Assembly (NCBI GenBank): GCA_963709405.1 | Contig: CAVPXM010000003.1 | Location: forward strand, 1 to 20,320 | Source of the DNA: an uncultured Nitrososphaerales archaeon | GTDB taxonomy: Archaea; Thermoproteota; Nitrososphaeria; Nitrososphaerales; Nitrososphaeraceae | Direction: 5' to 3' | Length of the DNA: 20,320 bases | Shown here: positions 9,017 to 19,158 of the stretch, piece after piece | How positions within the stretch are numbered: position 1 is the stretch's first letter | How the letters are laid out: each line of letters opens with the position of its first letter | Made by a program: the position numbers and the translations under genes | Notes under the pieces: model-generated | The model's input: the letters and a program-made list of their open reading frames with translations, nothing else | Told to the model about the DNA's origin: nothing | Databases searched by the model: none

Positions 9017-9944
9017 GGTAATACCCAAACATTTGGAACAAGAAATAAAGAATAATTTTGACTGGTACATTCGTGCTGCGTGCGTGAATACAGCCCAATA
9101 GAACTCGCTGGAAGCGTGACAAAAAGTGCTGCGTACTTTCGTCATGCTAGATGGAAGGGAAGGAGACAATGTCCAAGATGTGGATACCGATTGTTATATC
9201 ATCTTAAAGATAAGAGATTTGGATGCAGACGTTGTAAATACAAGTTTGGAGAGTTTACAGGAACGTATATCGGAGAATTCAACTTTTCGCTTGATAAACT
9301 AGTACATCTTACGTACCTATTCGCTCTAGGAGTACCTGCATACAGGATCAGGTTTTATGTACCACTTAGTTTGACTACGATAGAGAAGACATTCAGAGTA
9401 TTCAGACAATCAATCTACAATGAGTCGTTGCTGAAACTAAAAGAGTTAAAGAAGTTGTCTGGAGAATTAGAAATAGACGAAGCATTATTTGGTGGACATA
9501 GGAAAGGAAAACGTGGATGGGGATCTGAAGGTAAAAACCTAGTATTTGGAATATACCAGAGAAATGGCAAGGTCATCACATTCCCTGTATCCGACAGAAA
9601 ACATGATACTTTGATCCCATTGATAAAACAACATACAAAGAAAGGTTCCTTGTATTACACGGATGATCATACTGCATATGCTACATTGAATTTGATAGGT
9701 AAACATCAGATAATACTTCATGGAAAGGAAGAATATGTTAGAGATGATGCAACTCATATCAATGGTATCGAAGGATTCTGGAGCTATGCCAAGACATGGC
9801 TATATCACTACCGAGGTGTACCGAAATCATACTTTGAACTTTATTTAAAGGAAATAGAGTTCAGGTTCAATCATAGGAACGAAAATATCTTCAGAATACT
9901 GACAGAGATGTGAAGGTAATCGTGTTCAACTCTTAGGTATTACC
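9017..9944 (+). mobile_element. IS1595-family insertion sequence, 928 bp
   Basis: Left end GGTAATACCCAAACATTTGGAACAAG versus reverse complement of right end GGTAATACCTAAGAGTTGAACACG (first 9 bp identical). Flanked by an 8-bp direct repeat, the typical IS1595 TSD length. Contains a single transposase ORF. Confidence 0.93.
9080..9913 (+). CDS. IS1595-family DDE transposase
   Basis: Zn-ribbon CPRC...CRRC and catalytic-region motifs EIDEALFGG, YTDD..AY, HINGIEGFWS, YLKEIEFRFNHR. Uninterrupted 277 aa. Confidence 0.95.
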   Translation: MREYSPIELAGSVTKSAAYFRHARWKGRRQCPRCGYRLLYHLKDKRFGCRRCKYKFGEFTGTYIGEFNFSLDKLVHLTYLFALGVPAYRIRFYVPLSLTTIEKTFRVFRQSIYNESLLKLKELKKLSGELEIDEALFGGHRKGKRGWGSEGKNLVFGIYQRNGKVITFPVSDRKHDTLIPLIKQHTKKGSLYYTDDHTAYATLNLIGKHQIILHGKEEYVRDDATHINGIEGFWSYAKTWLYHYRGVPKSYFELYLKEIEFRFNHRNENIFRILTEM

Positions 9945-9952
9945 TTAACTTT
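9945..9952 (+). repeat. Right 8-bp target-site duplication TTAACTTT
   Basis: Identical to 9009..9016. Confidence 0.9.
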
Positions 9953-10246
9953 ATCTGTCAAAAATGCAACCGCAGCCTTCAGTTCAGCGATATCGTTATC
10001 TCTTTCATAAAGTTTTGTCTTCATCTCGAAATTTTCTTCCCTGCTTTTTTCACTCAGAACTGTAACTTGTTTTTGTAATTTGTTTTGATTATTTATTGTC
10101 AAGGAATCTATAGCTTTAAGATAATCTTCCAAAAGTTCAGATTCAGTAGCTCGGTAGTATGAATCTGAGATACCGGTTGAATGATTCATTAGAATTTCTA
10201 TGTTAATTGGCTTCATGCCTGCCAACTCACAGCGAGTCTTAAACCA
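9945..10246 (-). pseudogene. C-terminal fragment of a tyrosine recombinase/integrase, 5'-truncated and IS-interrupted
   Basis: WFKTRCELAGMKPINIEILMNHSTGISDSYY retains box II (LMxH...catalytic Y) followed by a coiled-coil tail. The upstream HxxR motif and the N-terminal part are absent. Confidence 0.85.
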
Positions 10247-10456
10247 ATTTGGAGATTAATATCCCTAAAATCTACTTGTGGCTAGACGTCGGCTAGAACA
10301 TTATTTCGATATATAATCGTTCTAACTGGCACTAATACTATATGACTATCTTGTTACTGTTTTAATAAATTTTAGCGAAGCAATGGTGCAATTCAAAAAA
10401 TGTGAATCATTCAAAGGGGGAACCATAACCCTATCAATAACATGAATAGAATGTTC

Positions 10457-10819
10457 TTAGATCTTTAGGGCATCTTCTCCATGAACATTTGACCCAAGAA
10501 CAAAGAGATCAGAGACGTCCTTTACAAAGATGCGACCGTGGGCATGCTTTCCTTCTGTTACACTAATCAAAATGTCATCAACAATCGCTTTCACCTCAGA
10601 ATCCCCCACAATTGTTTCCACTTTGGATCCTTTCACGAAATCTGGAATGATCGTTTTTCCAGTCATAAACATCCTCACTTGCTCAGGGATCGGGTCATGT
10701 TTAGTACGTCCAACACCCATAACGTCAGTGAAAGTCAAACCAGCAACATTATGCTTCTGAAGAATTTCTGTCACTTCAAATAATTTTTCCTGAGGAATAA
10801 AAATTGTTAATTCTTTCAT
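10457..10819 (-). CDS. P-II family nitrogen regulatory protein (divergent, 120 aa from ATG 10819)
   Basis: MKELTIFI, GLTFTDVMGVGR, KVETIV and GRIFV match the GlnB/GlnK fold. TATA box about 28 nt upstream of ATG 10819. Confidence 0.9.
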   Translation of the reverse strand: MKELTIFIPQEKLFEVTEILQKHNVAGLTFTDVMGVGRTKHDPIPEQVRMFMTGKTIIPDFVKGSKVETIVGDSEVKAIVDDILISVTEGKHAHGRIFVKDVSDLFVLGSNVHGEDALKI

Positions 10820-10846
10820 TGATAAGATTGGTTTACAGGTATAGGA

Positions 10847-10854
10847 AATATAAA
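10847..10854 (-). promoter_or_regulatory. Putative TATA box for the P-II gene
   Basis: TTTATATT on the minus strand about 28 nt upstream of the ATG, preceded by purine-rich GATAAATG (BRE-like). Confidence 0.5.
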
Positions 10855-11806
10855 CATTTATCCCACAGCTTTTCAAGGTAAGAATGTCCAAAAAATTACA
10901 TGCTTCTATATTATTTGGACTATTTCAAAATTAGGATTGTACTGGGTTTATAAATGGTCTAACTGATTCAAATCGTCCCAAACACCATATGCTATTGATG
11001 CGCATTAATCTGTTCACACAGAATTAGATTCTCGTGATTCATACAATTGAGACAAATTAGTTTTTTTATCTACGGTGCCTAAATTCCTAAATATCTTATA
11101 CTTGATTGCAAAGAATGCCAAACCCTTGCTGAATAGATTGTAATCCTCAGGTATAACTCAGTCAATATTATCATCTCTTGGACGTAAGTAAGAAGCTGCT
11201 CTGTAATGAAAAATTTGCAGATTTAGTAAGGAGTATACTCCTTGAGGTCATCGAATACTAATAAATAATTTACTACTACTATCGGAAGAAAAAGGTAAGG
11301 TTACAAGCCAGCGAGTTTTAGATATTTTGGAGAACGGAGTTGTAGGAGGAGCAGTGCCAAAGGATTGAAACAAGATTTTCCTCAGATGGAAAGTTCAAAG
11401 TAGCCTTCCTAACTTCATCAAAAGTCTTAGTTGAAGTTTATAGTTATAGATTAGTGAATCGGGAACACCCCACAACTCAACCATGAATGAGCTTCGAATA
11501 GTTATTCCTCTTCCAAACTATCACTTTAGTATACAGGATGAGTTAACAACTGCTCTCTTTCTATTAAACCACATCATCGTTCTCCAAGAAACTAAAAGTC
11601 ATCGTATGGGAGGAGCAAATAGGCCATACCTACAACCGCAAGCGTACAACACTTTCAATGAAAACTGTGCGGTAAGATAAAATCCAAGTTATGTTAATCT
11701 AGTCTATAGAAGTGAGGTAAAATCAATCACTTGTAGCAAATGTAGCGTACAAATAAGAAAAAAATTATGTAGTAGCAAAAAACTATGCTACTTGATACTT
11801 GAATGA

Positions 11807-12067
11807 CTAGTGTCCATAATTGACCTCCCACACTGTTGGAGTGCTTGTCGTTTCGTTTTTGCCGGCAATGTTCACACTTAGTGTACCGTTACCACTCAAC
11901 CGTAGATATTCAGGATTTTCGAATATCGTAGCATTAGTAACAGCAACAGGGCTTCCTGCCTGAACCAATTTAGGGTTAGTGAGGACTAGATTAACTGTGT
12001 CTGAGCCATTTTGCCAATTGAATTTCAGTATTTTTGGATAATCATGCCCACCTTGAATGTTCAGCAA
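11807..12067 (-). pseudogene. 3' fragment of a secreted beta-strand-rich protein
   Basis: Beta-strand pattern with several N-x-S/T sequons (NGS, NAT, NGT, NET). No signal peptide and no convincing in-frame 5' part. Confidence 0.5.
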
Positions 12068-12086
12068 ACAACCTTATCTTTCAAGG

Positions 12087-12105
12087 ATCCGCTACTGTAG
12101 CGGAT
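12087..12105. repeat. Perfect 19-bp palindrome
   Basis: ATCCGCTAC-T-GTAGCGGAT: 9-bp arms. Confidence 0.8.
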
Positions 12106-12991
12106 ATATAAGCGAGAGACTGATTATGATACTGTCGGTTTTACCTTTTCTAACGGTAGATTAGTTGAACGGCAAAGATCAGAGCGGCTTTAGGTTACTC
12201 TCATGAGACTTCTCCACTGGAAGTTTAGTATAAATTTAGTATAATAGTCCGCATCAGCATATTCATGTATTGAACGATGAAGATATTAAAACGATAAAAG
12301 ATCAGCGAATATTTTCAAACGAGAAGAAATATTCCGAAATTGCAACAACTATTTGGTTAGATTCATGGGAGCGGTGGGATGCAATACATTAGTGTATGTA
12401 ATCCATGAATTAGTTAGCGATAGAAGCGAGACAAGGATTATATATTATCATAATATCCTTAGTGTGGCTTTTTCATCTGCCTTTACGATCGAATCCAATT
12501 GTCAATGACTCCGTAATAGAGAATAGCTGCATGGCATTGTTGTGATATTTGGATCGCCCTTCTCCACAATAGCAGTCTTTGATCTATATTTTTCGCAGGT
12601 AGTAAAGAGAAGTTTGGCACAAAGATAAAGATGATCGAGCAGTTATCACAATAACAAAAAAAATGCTATGTTGTGGAACTAGTGATTACGATAGTGGGAG
12701 CAGAGATATTGATGGCATACCTGTAATACCAAGGTGAACTTTCCGACTACTCCAAACGTGACTATGGCTCTGCGTGACTGGGCTTAAACTGAACGATGCC
12801 TTGAGAAAAAGGCTCGACAAATCATCTCGTAAGTTTGGTTTTAATATCTATTTAGTCATCCACGTATTGGTACCTGAAATCTTCTTATTGTCATCAACAC
12901 TATTTTCTGATATCTCCAAAATCGTAAAACTTCACTGCTGCTATTTTCTCGGATTCAGCATCAAGCTGTCAAGCGCAAGTGGCATATTAGT

Positions 12992-13231
12992 TTAAGCAGT
13001 TGTCTTAACTTCCATAATCCATTCACATTTGATTCCAAGTTTATCATGATTCTTTTCAACGGCATCTTTCTGCTTGGAGCATCAATAATGCAATAGACTT
13101 TATCTGCTTCTGGATTGAACAGAACGTTTACATGACTTACCCCAAATTCGTCTTTGGGTGATACTTGGATTTGCCTTAAAGTCTCTTCTGCTCGTTCTCC
13201 CCATAGGATGTACATCGAGAAATATCGCCAT
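12992..13231 (-). pseudogene. DUF4242 / SCO4226-type nickel-binding protein with two frameshifts
   Basis: Reconstruction: MAIFLDVHPMG / ERAEETLRQIQVSPKDEFGVSHVNVLFNPEADKVYCIIDAPS / KDAVEKNHDKLGIKCEWIMEVKTTA*. TTATATA lies about 27 nt upstream of ATG 13231. Confidence 0.8.
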
Positions 13232-13456
13232 TTATTTAGTAAATCATCTTGATGTTCTATATAACCATGTTTGCAGTTATGAGTACAAGAAGATTGTTAT
13301 CAGCGTCAAAGCCTGGGTACTCGTATTGTTATTAGTATTGGGATCATGATATCTGCCTAAGCGTTTTGTATTGGTGAAATACCCTTCCCATTATTATGTG
13401 ATACTTTCCTAAATACTAAATTTTCTACTTGTCTAATTTTAGAGCAAGTAGATTGC

Positions 13457-13729
13457 TTATTTTGAATTTGACCTCTGTTTAGAGAGGAAAGATAAGAGGA
13501 AAGAAATGAAAATGACAGAAATGACATTAATAATAACTACGAAACGCAATAGGAATCTGTTATTATTATTATTATTATTATTATTGTCGTAGCCTCCCTT
13601 CCTCTGATTGATTGTATAAACCAGCTTGGATGTATATTCTTGTTCTTTACAAAATGTCCAAGCGAATGAATAAGTTCTGATTAAACCAAATGAATAAGTT
13701 GAAGAAATTGTGATTAACTCTGAAGTCAT
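13457..13729 (-). CDS. Possible small protein with poly-Asn and a C-terminal hydrophobic helix
   Basis: 90-aa ORF with an N9 run; the poly-Asn style fits this lineage but no family is recognised. Confidence 0.3.
   Translation of the reverse strand: MTSELITISSTYSFGLIRTYSFAWTFCKEQEYTSKLVYTINQRKGGYDNNNNNNNNNRFLLRFVVIINVISVIFISFLLSFLSKQRSNSK
13560..13585. repeat. (TTA)8 trinucleotide repeat
   Basis: Read directly; encodes poly-Asn on the minus strand. Confidence 0.9.
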
Positions 13730-13906
13730 CGATATAATTAAAGATCCTCTCTATTCTGATTCTTTTTATACTACCTAGTTGTTGTACTTGCACAGATAGG
13801 TTACATTTCTAATTACCTACATGGCTTACAATTTGCTGCTTAGTTTTTGTACGTATGGTGGATGTAATTAATCTTTGTAGGAACACTTCTGATGGAGTGA
13901 GGCAAT

Positions 13907-14044
13907 TTATCCCTCCGTGTTCTCTAGTCTCGTTGTACGCCTTAACAAAGATATCATACCTTTGTTTCCCATTGTTACATAATGCATTCTAATTCCATTA
14001 ACGTTTAGAAATTCATTTTGCAGTCCTTCATCAGTAGTAGCCAT
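13907..14044 (-). pseudogene. N-terminal fragment of an alpha/beta hydrolase (epoxide-hydrolase-like)
   Basis: Not in the ORF track. MATTDEGLQNEFLNVNGIRMHYVTMGNKG matches the V-N-G-x-x-x-H-Y beta1-beta2 start, but the sequence diverges before the HG oxyanion motif. An AT-rich TATA-like tract lies at 14061-14072. Confidence 0.7.
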
Positions 14045-14476
14045 ATTTTTTTATGTCCTCTTTATTATAAAACAGATCTTGCGTATTTGGATTCGGGATG
14101 TTTGTTTGCATCACTTGGCGCAGGTCTGACAGCCCATTTTAAAAGATTCTGTTAGATTAGAGAATAATATCCTAACCTGTTAACCATTTGGTCATGTAGA
14201 TTAGGATGGTGGCTGTTATTAAGGGATTTTACTCCAGATACTAAAGATAATGTCATCAAAGTGTTGGATTCGTGGAAGGGAAAAGAATCAGAAGAAAAAC
14301 TAAAGGAAATCTTGGGTCAGGATAAAGCTCCAGTTAATGAAGAATATCGAATCAAAAAGAAAAATAAACTTTGATAAGGAAGATCAAAAAATTTTTAAGA
14401 ACCAATTCTCTTTTGTTGGCTTTCCAAAATAATAAATCTAAATGAGAATCTTATTACCATGTAATAAATAGAACGG

Positions 14477-15310
14477 TCATGACGAAAAAGTTAGAAAGAA
14501 GTATACTAAAAAGAAAGGTGAATAAATTGCTTCTATTATACTTAGGACTACAAATTGTAACACATAAAGGCTTAAAATATCTGCAATAGGAAGAACTGCC
14601 ATATTTGTAAGTACAAATTCAATAACTGAGATTAATGTTGTAACAATAAACAGCGATGCTATATCTTTCTTTTTATCTTTAGCATTTTCTTGTATTGTAA
14701 GACTAAATATGTTTTTGAAAGATTCATAAAGACTATATCTACCGCTGCTTATGTTTTGAGCTCCTATCAAGACATACCGTATCATCCAAGCATTAAAGAA
14801 CATAGAAACAATTACTGATAGTAAAACTATAGTGATACCAGAGGAAACAATGGATAAAATTGTATGGTCATTATAAGTATTGACCTTAGATATATACAAT
14901 GAGAAACGATCTGACTTTACAGAAGCTAAGCTCTTCCTCATATCACTTTCATAACCTCCAATACCTGTTAGTGCTAATGCATAAATTGAATAAATTATGA
15001 GAAGCTCTATGACTATTACGTTATGGTAATTCTTAGTTTTAAATGCTGTTTTTAATATAACTTTTCTTGCGATGAATAGCTGGAAGTAAGCTATAGTAAA
15101 TGATATGAAAAATAAAAATAGAATTACAATGTCTGAAAAAGGGAAATAGTTTTGGTTATTGTTATTACGAAGTCCTATAACAAAAAAAACCTCTGATACA
15201 ATAGATATGACAGAGCCTATAGAAGGCAATAAGAAGAGTATAGGATTTTTATAAAGTAAATATGTGCTAGTCTTAAAAAGATTTATGGCAGCCATCTTAA
15301 GTGTTGACAT
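14477..15310 (-). CDS. Multi-pass membrane protein (about 6 TM), function unknown
   Basis: 277-aa ORF. KNPILFLLP N-terminal pattern, 'ESFK' before the last helices, and alternating hydrophobic segments. Confidence 0.75.
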   Translation of the reverse strand: MSTLKMAAINLFKTSTYLLYKNPILFLLPSIGSVISIVSEVFFVIGLRNNNNQNYFPFSDIVILFLFFISFTIAYFQLFIARKVILKTAFKTKNYHNVIVIELLIIYSIYALALTGIGGYESDMRKSLASVKSDRFSLYISKVNTYNDHTILSIVSSGITIVLLSVIVSMFFNAWMIRYVLIGAQNISSGRYSLYESFKNIFSLTIQENAKDKKKDIASLFIVTTLISVIEFVLTNMAVLPIADILSLYVLQFVVLSIIEAIYSPFFLVYFFLTFSS

Positions 15311-15918
15311 ATAGCTATATATTATCTCGTAGGTCCAGAGGCTTTAGGTCCTTCAGATTATAATGTTGTACTAGGTAAGTATCATAATATATTGTTAAAA
15401 AGGTCAGGAAATCCGATAGTATCAAGACTCTTCTCTTCTTTATATGAAGTGGTTATTCTGTGGGATTCTGTCCCAGCATGTAAAGGGGTTCGGTTGTTTT
15501 GCTTATTTAGCTTTTCCCTTTTACTAATTTAGTAGGTTTGATTTACGTAAGGTTAATTGAATATGATATGTACATGACGCATTTCACCCAAAATAGTTAT
15601 GAATCTGGGCTAAGCAATAGAAATGATTGGGAATAGATCTAAAGTTTTACTTATCCACATGTAATAAGATAATAATATTTGATCTTATTCTCCGAAGTAA
15701 GGTCTAAACTGAACATCATATCCGGGAGAGTTATTCACAAACTGCTTTATCATGATCATTTTGCATACTTTATCTTGCAAGTCAGAATGTTCATTCAATT
15801 TCTTTTTGCAAATAGGGATTGAAGAGTACTTACTATTACATTATAACCTGTCCGAATCATACTCTCCTATCATCTTTCTCCTTTTTACAAGGTTTGATAA
15901 AAACAACCCCTAACTCTA

Positions 15919-16143
15919 TTACAATCTTATCAACACTACAAATAATGCCTTTGGAAACGGAACCAAAGCCAGAACACGTTTAACTTTTGATGAGGGATTT
16001 CGCATTTCTGATGCAAACCTAATAGCATGGTCCACCACTGTGGCATTTGTAAGTAATTCCAATCTCATCGCATAGCATTCCTTCGCCAATGATAATCCCT
16101 GTATCTTTTCTCGTTTGTCTTCTGTTTGCTGCGAAGTATTCCA
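15919..16143 (-). pseudogene. Internal/C-terminal fragment of a helical hypothetical protein
   Basis: Not in the ORF track. WNTSQQTEDKREKIQGLSLAKECYAMRLELLTNATVVDHAIRF is strongly protein-like and resembles, from recollection, the C-half of a multicopy Nitrososphaeraceae HTH family. No 5' half. Confidence 0.55.
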
Positions 16144-16198
16144 AAGGGTACTTCCCGGCGGACAGACATTCTATCTTACGCTTGACCAAATAAAAAAA

Positions 16199-16465
16199 TT
16201 ATAGATAGATCCAATTGTAAACTGGGATTACAACAAATATGCAAGGAAGGATATAGAAAAGATTACCTGCGAGGATGGAATTATCATCCTGAATTTTATT
16301 GTACACCTGTTTACTGATATTTTCCACCTTGTTTGTTACAATACGTTGCGCCTCAGTACGGCCTATGCACTGTAGGAAATCATACTCCTTTTGTGGAGAT
16401 TTTGCAATTATTCTTCGCAATGAAGAATCTGTTGCTATGTAGAATGCTTGCATAGTCCAAACCAA
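16199..16465 (-). pseudogene. 3' fragment of a membrane-protein gene (cytoplasmic tail)
   Basis: AFYIATDSSLRRII...FLQCIGRTEAQRIVTNKV is helical. A hydrophobic segment (TVSYSLIVGL) lies just upstream in another frame. Confidence 0.45.
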
Positions 16466-16533
16466 CTATTAAAGAATACGAGACTGTTATCAAAAAAGTG
16501 ATTGATATAATACCCCATGGCGGAGAGTCATTA

Positions 16534-16986
16534 TTATAACGTATTCATAAAATAATCCACAATTTTATCCCTTTTATCATTCTGTAATTGATCAAATCTG
16601 GACTTATCATAAAATATCTCTTTGTCTGATACGTAATCAAGTCCTTGTTTCAGCACCATATCAAACATTTCTCGACTTGTTAGTGCTTGATAAAGATCTT
16701 CTCTATTCTTTACTCGAAGAATAGAACTATCTTTTCTGGCTACGGTTAAGGCAATTTCTACCACAAAAGCAATGCTGGCCAACTCAAACAGATTTTCAAC
16801 GTTAAACCTTGCATCCGATCCTTTTCCTTTCTCATAAGGACATTCAAATCTATTTGCTACAGGACAAGGATATTGTATACGATTATTCTTGTTTTCATCC
16901 TTATCATCTTTTAATGCCTTGGCAACCAATCTATTAATACCAAGATTATTTTTTCGTTACTGTCTCGATATTCAATTTGTGCTCAT
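16534..16986 (-). pseudogene. Hypothetical protein (YPCPVxNRFxCPYE motif) with a damaged 5' end; paralogue of 1..159
   Basis: ORF 16534..16929 plus an in-frame ATG at 16986 separated by TGA and TAA, consistent with compensating indels. The C-terminus is about 11 aa shorter than the paralogue. Confidence 0.6.
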
Positions 16987-17435
16987 GACTCATGTAAAAC
17001 CGATATTAGGACACTATTTAATCCCTTAATCTAGTCCAGGAAATTCATATAGAACAGGTGACTGTTTATGTAATCTTATTAAATTTGATAATCGCCACAG
17101 GGGATTCTTTCCAACCCCTGTCACCGCAGTGATTATTCATTAATTTAAATCTATAACTACATGGAATGTCATCAGTGTCATAGAATGTGCCAGATCCACA
17201 ACAATGTGGACTTCTTACTAGCACGAACCCATGCCCTACAATCCTCGTAATAGTAGCGAGAGCCTATTCCTTTGTCAGGTTACTTCTTTCTAAAGAATAT
17301 CATATTAGATGTTCAACCATCTTTTGTAACGTCACATCTACTCATCAGCTACAGAAAATCCAAGTTAAATGTATTTAGGAAATAGAGGGTTGGCTGAAAT
17401 ATTGCTAACTAGATCATCTATAGATACCCATAATT

Positions 17436-18509
17436 ATGATTATCCACGATTATCTATTAGTATTGATAGTGGAAGCAGTAGTTCAAGTTAAAATTTTATT
17501 ACGTATTGTAATTACAATTTTATGCACTGTTTTAGTATTTCAGTCAACAGTTGTTGTTATTCTGCTTGGATATTCTATTTACATTCAACCTGTTGGCACC
17601 GCGGCAGCAGCTACTACAATTGTTGCTAGAACAATGAAATTACCAGTTGTAGCGAAAATGCTAGTCGATAATGCTATCCAAGAATTTCAGAGTAATAATA
17701 TCAACAATACAATTACATACCTAAAAGGAGCCGAACAGGAACTATCGTCATCATTAGCAATTGTAGGAAATAATAATAGTGCCGGTGTACGCACTCCAAT
17801 GATTCAACCATTGACAATATTGTTGCTTATAAAAAGTATTATTCAATCATTAGAAAATGGTGATTATGAAAATGGGCGGAAATATCTCAATTTAGCTGAA
17901 GAAGAATTAGGGAGGAATATATTAGATGTCTCATCATCACTAAATCCACAGACAATAATAACTACTTCTAATGCTACTTTTAATAATAAGAATAATAATT
18001 ACAGGTTCTTCTCAACATATGCTAATACTAAATATGGTATAAAGTTACAATATCCTCATAATTGGATAATCGAAGCTGATGATTATCCTACTGGTGCAGG
18101 AGGACAAGCAGGAATTCAAATTGCTTCTTTCTATTTGCCAGATGTAAATAACGGTCTGCCATTCTTTCGAATTGGGACTGATGATCTAACTAAGGAATTT
18201 CCGAATTTACAAAAAGTGAGCATAAATCATTATCTTCAAAGATCTCTTACTCATAAAAATTCCACGGGTTTGCCTGGCTTTAATCTTATAGAATCCGATA
18301 CTAACAATAGACTACTCGCAGGCAATTTAGCATATACTGTAGTATGGACATATACTAACCCGTCTTACGGAATGAGGAAGTCTATAGAAATTGCAACCAT
18401 TATGGGAAGCAGAGCATACTTTGTTGATTATACTGCAGCTACAACAAATTTCTCAAAATATTTGCCAGTCGCAGAGAAGATGATCAAGTCCTTTCAAAAA
18501 ACAAAATGA
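17436..18509 (+). CDS. Secreted/membrane-anchored protein with a C-terminal PsbP-like domain
   Basis: Hydrophobic N-terminus and helical middle domain, then FSTYANTKYGIKLQYPHNW...LAGNLAYTVVWTY...AYFVDYTA...FSKYLPVAEKMIKSF, typical of the PsbP/Mog1 fold. Confidence 0.85.
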   Translation: MIIHDYLLVLIVEAVVQVKILLRIVITILCTVLVFQSTVVVILLGYSIYIQPVGTAAAATTIVARTMKLPVVAKMLVDNAIQEFQSNNINNTITYLKGAEQELSSSLAIVGNNNSAGVRTPMIQPLTILLLIKSIIQSLENGDYENGRKYLNLAEEELGRNILDVSSSLNPQTIITTSNATFNNKNNNYRFFSTYANTKYGIKLQYPHNWIIEADDYPTGAGGQAGIQIASFYLPDVNNGLPFFRIGTDDLTKEFPNLQKVSINHYLQRSLTHKNSTGLPGFNLIESDTNNRLLAGNLAYTVVWTYTNPSYGMRKSIEIATIMGSRAYFVDYTAATTNFSKYLPVAEKMIKSFQKTK

Positions 18510-19158
18510 ATAGTGTTATTTCAATAGTCTTGCTCTGAGTAAATAATATTAACGCAGTCACACCGATCGAGAGTGTTATTATTGATACGAACCATAAAAT
18601 ATCATTTTCGAACAAACGGTATACCATATCTTCAACAGCAGACTATATTATACACTACATCTAGGAGCGGAATCTTATTTTCAGGTATCTGAATATAAAG
18701 ATCAGTAGAAATCTTTTGCCATATATGACTATAATTACTTTGATGTCTTCGCAATAAGCACCAGGATTGTTAATATTCAGTAAGCTTTAACAAATCGGAT
18801 AATATCGGTATTTTCATCGATCCCGTATAACCATATCGGAAATAGTGTCCTTTAATACGATGTAGGGGATGCCAGATTATAAAAATATTTAGGAATGAGG
18901 CATAACCAGGTTAGGGGAAACACTGTCCTATCTCTTATTTTAGGAAGATAACTGGATCCTGGAATAATTATGGTTCAACATTCTAGGTGTGTCTGTTATA
19001 GCCTAATACTCAGTTCTTATGATGATATTATTACTTTCAAGGAATGTATGGCAAATATGATTCCAGCTGAGGAGTATGGAAACAACATTTAAGAAAAAAA
19101 CAGGGGGTGGAGTCCATACGCATGATTTCCGAGCTGCACTACTACCGCAGGCGGCAAC

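Noticed and set aside
8960-9169. 69-aa minus-strand ORF
   Set aside because: Chimera of antisense IS sequence and the displaced integrase tail beyond the TSD.
9539-9757. Minus-strand ORF in the transposase
   Set aside because: Antisense shadow ORF.
8984-10284. Alternative IS ends (GGCTCATTAGTAGA at ~8986 and TCTACTTGTGGC at ~10271)
   Set aside because: Only weak complementarity and no target duplication; 9017/9944 give a better TIR plus an exact TSD.
10530-10783. Two plus-strand ORFs over P-II
   Set aside because: Antisense shadows of a well-supported gene.
11483-13349. Short ORFs 11483, 12774, 13158
   Set aside because: No recognisable motifs; the last two overlap the DUF4242 pseudogene on the opposite strand.
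17097-17121. Hairpin ACAGGGG-N11-CCCCTGT
   Set aside because: 7-bp stem with a long loop, no U-tract and not downstream of a supported gene; could be chance.
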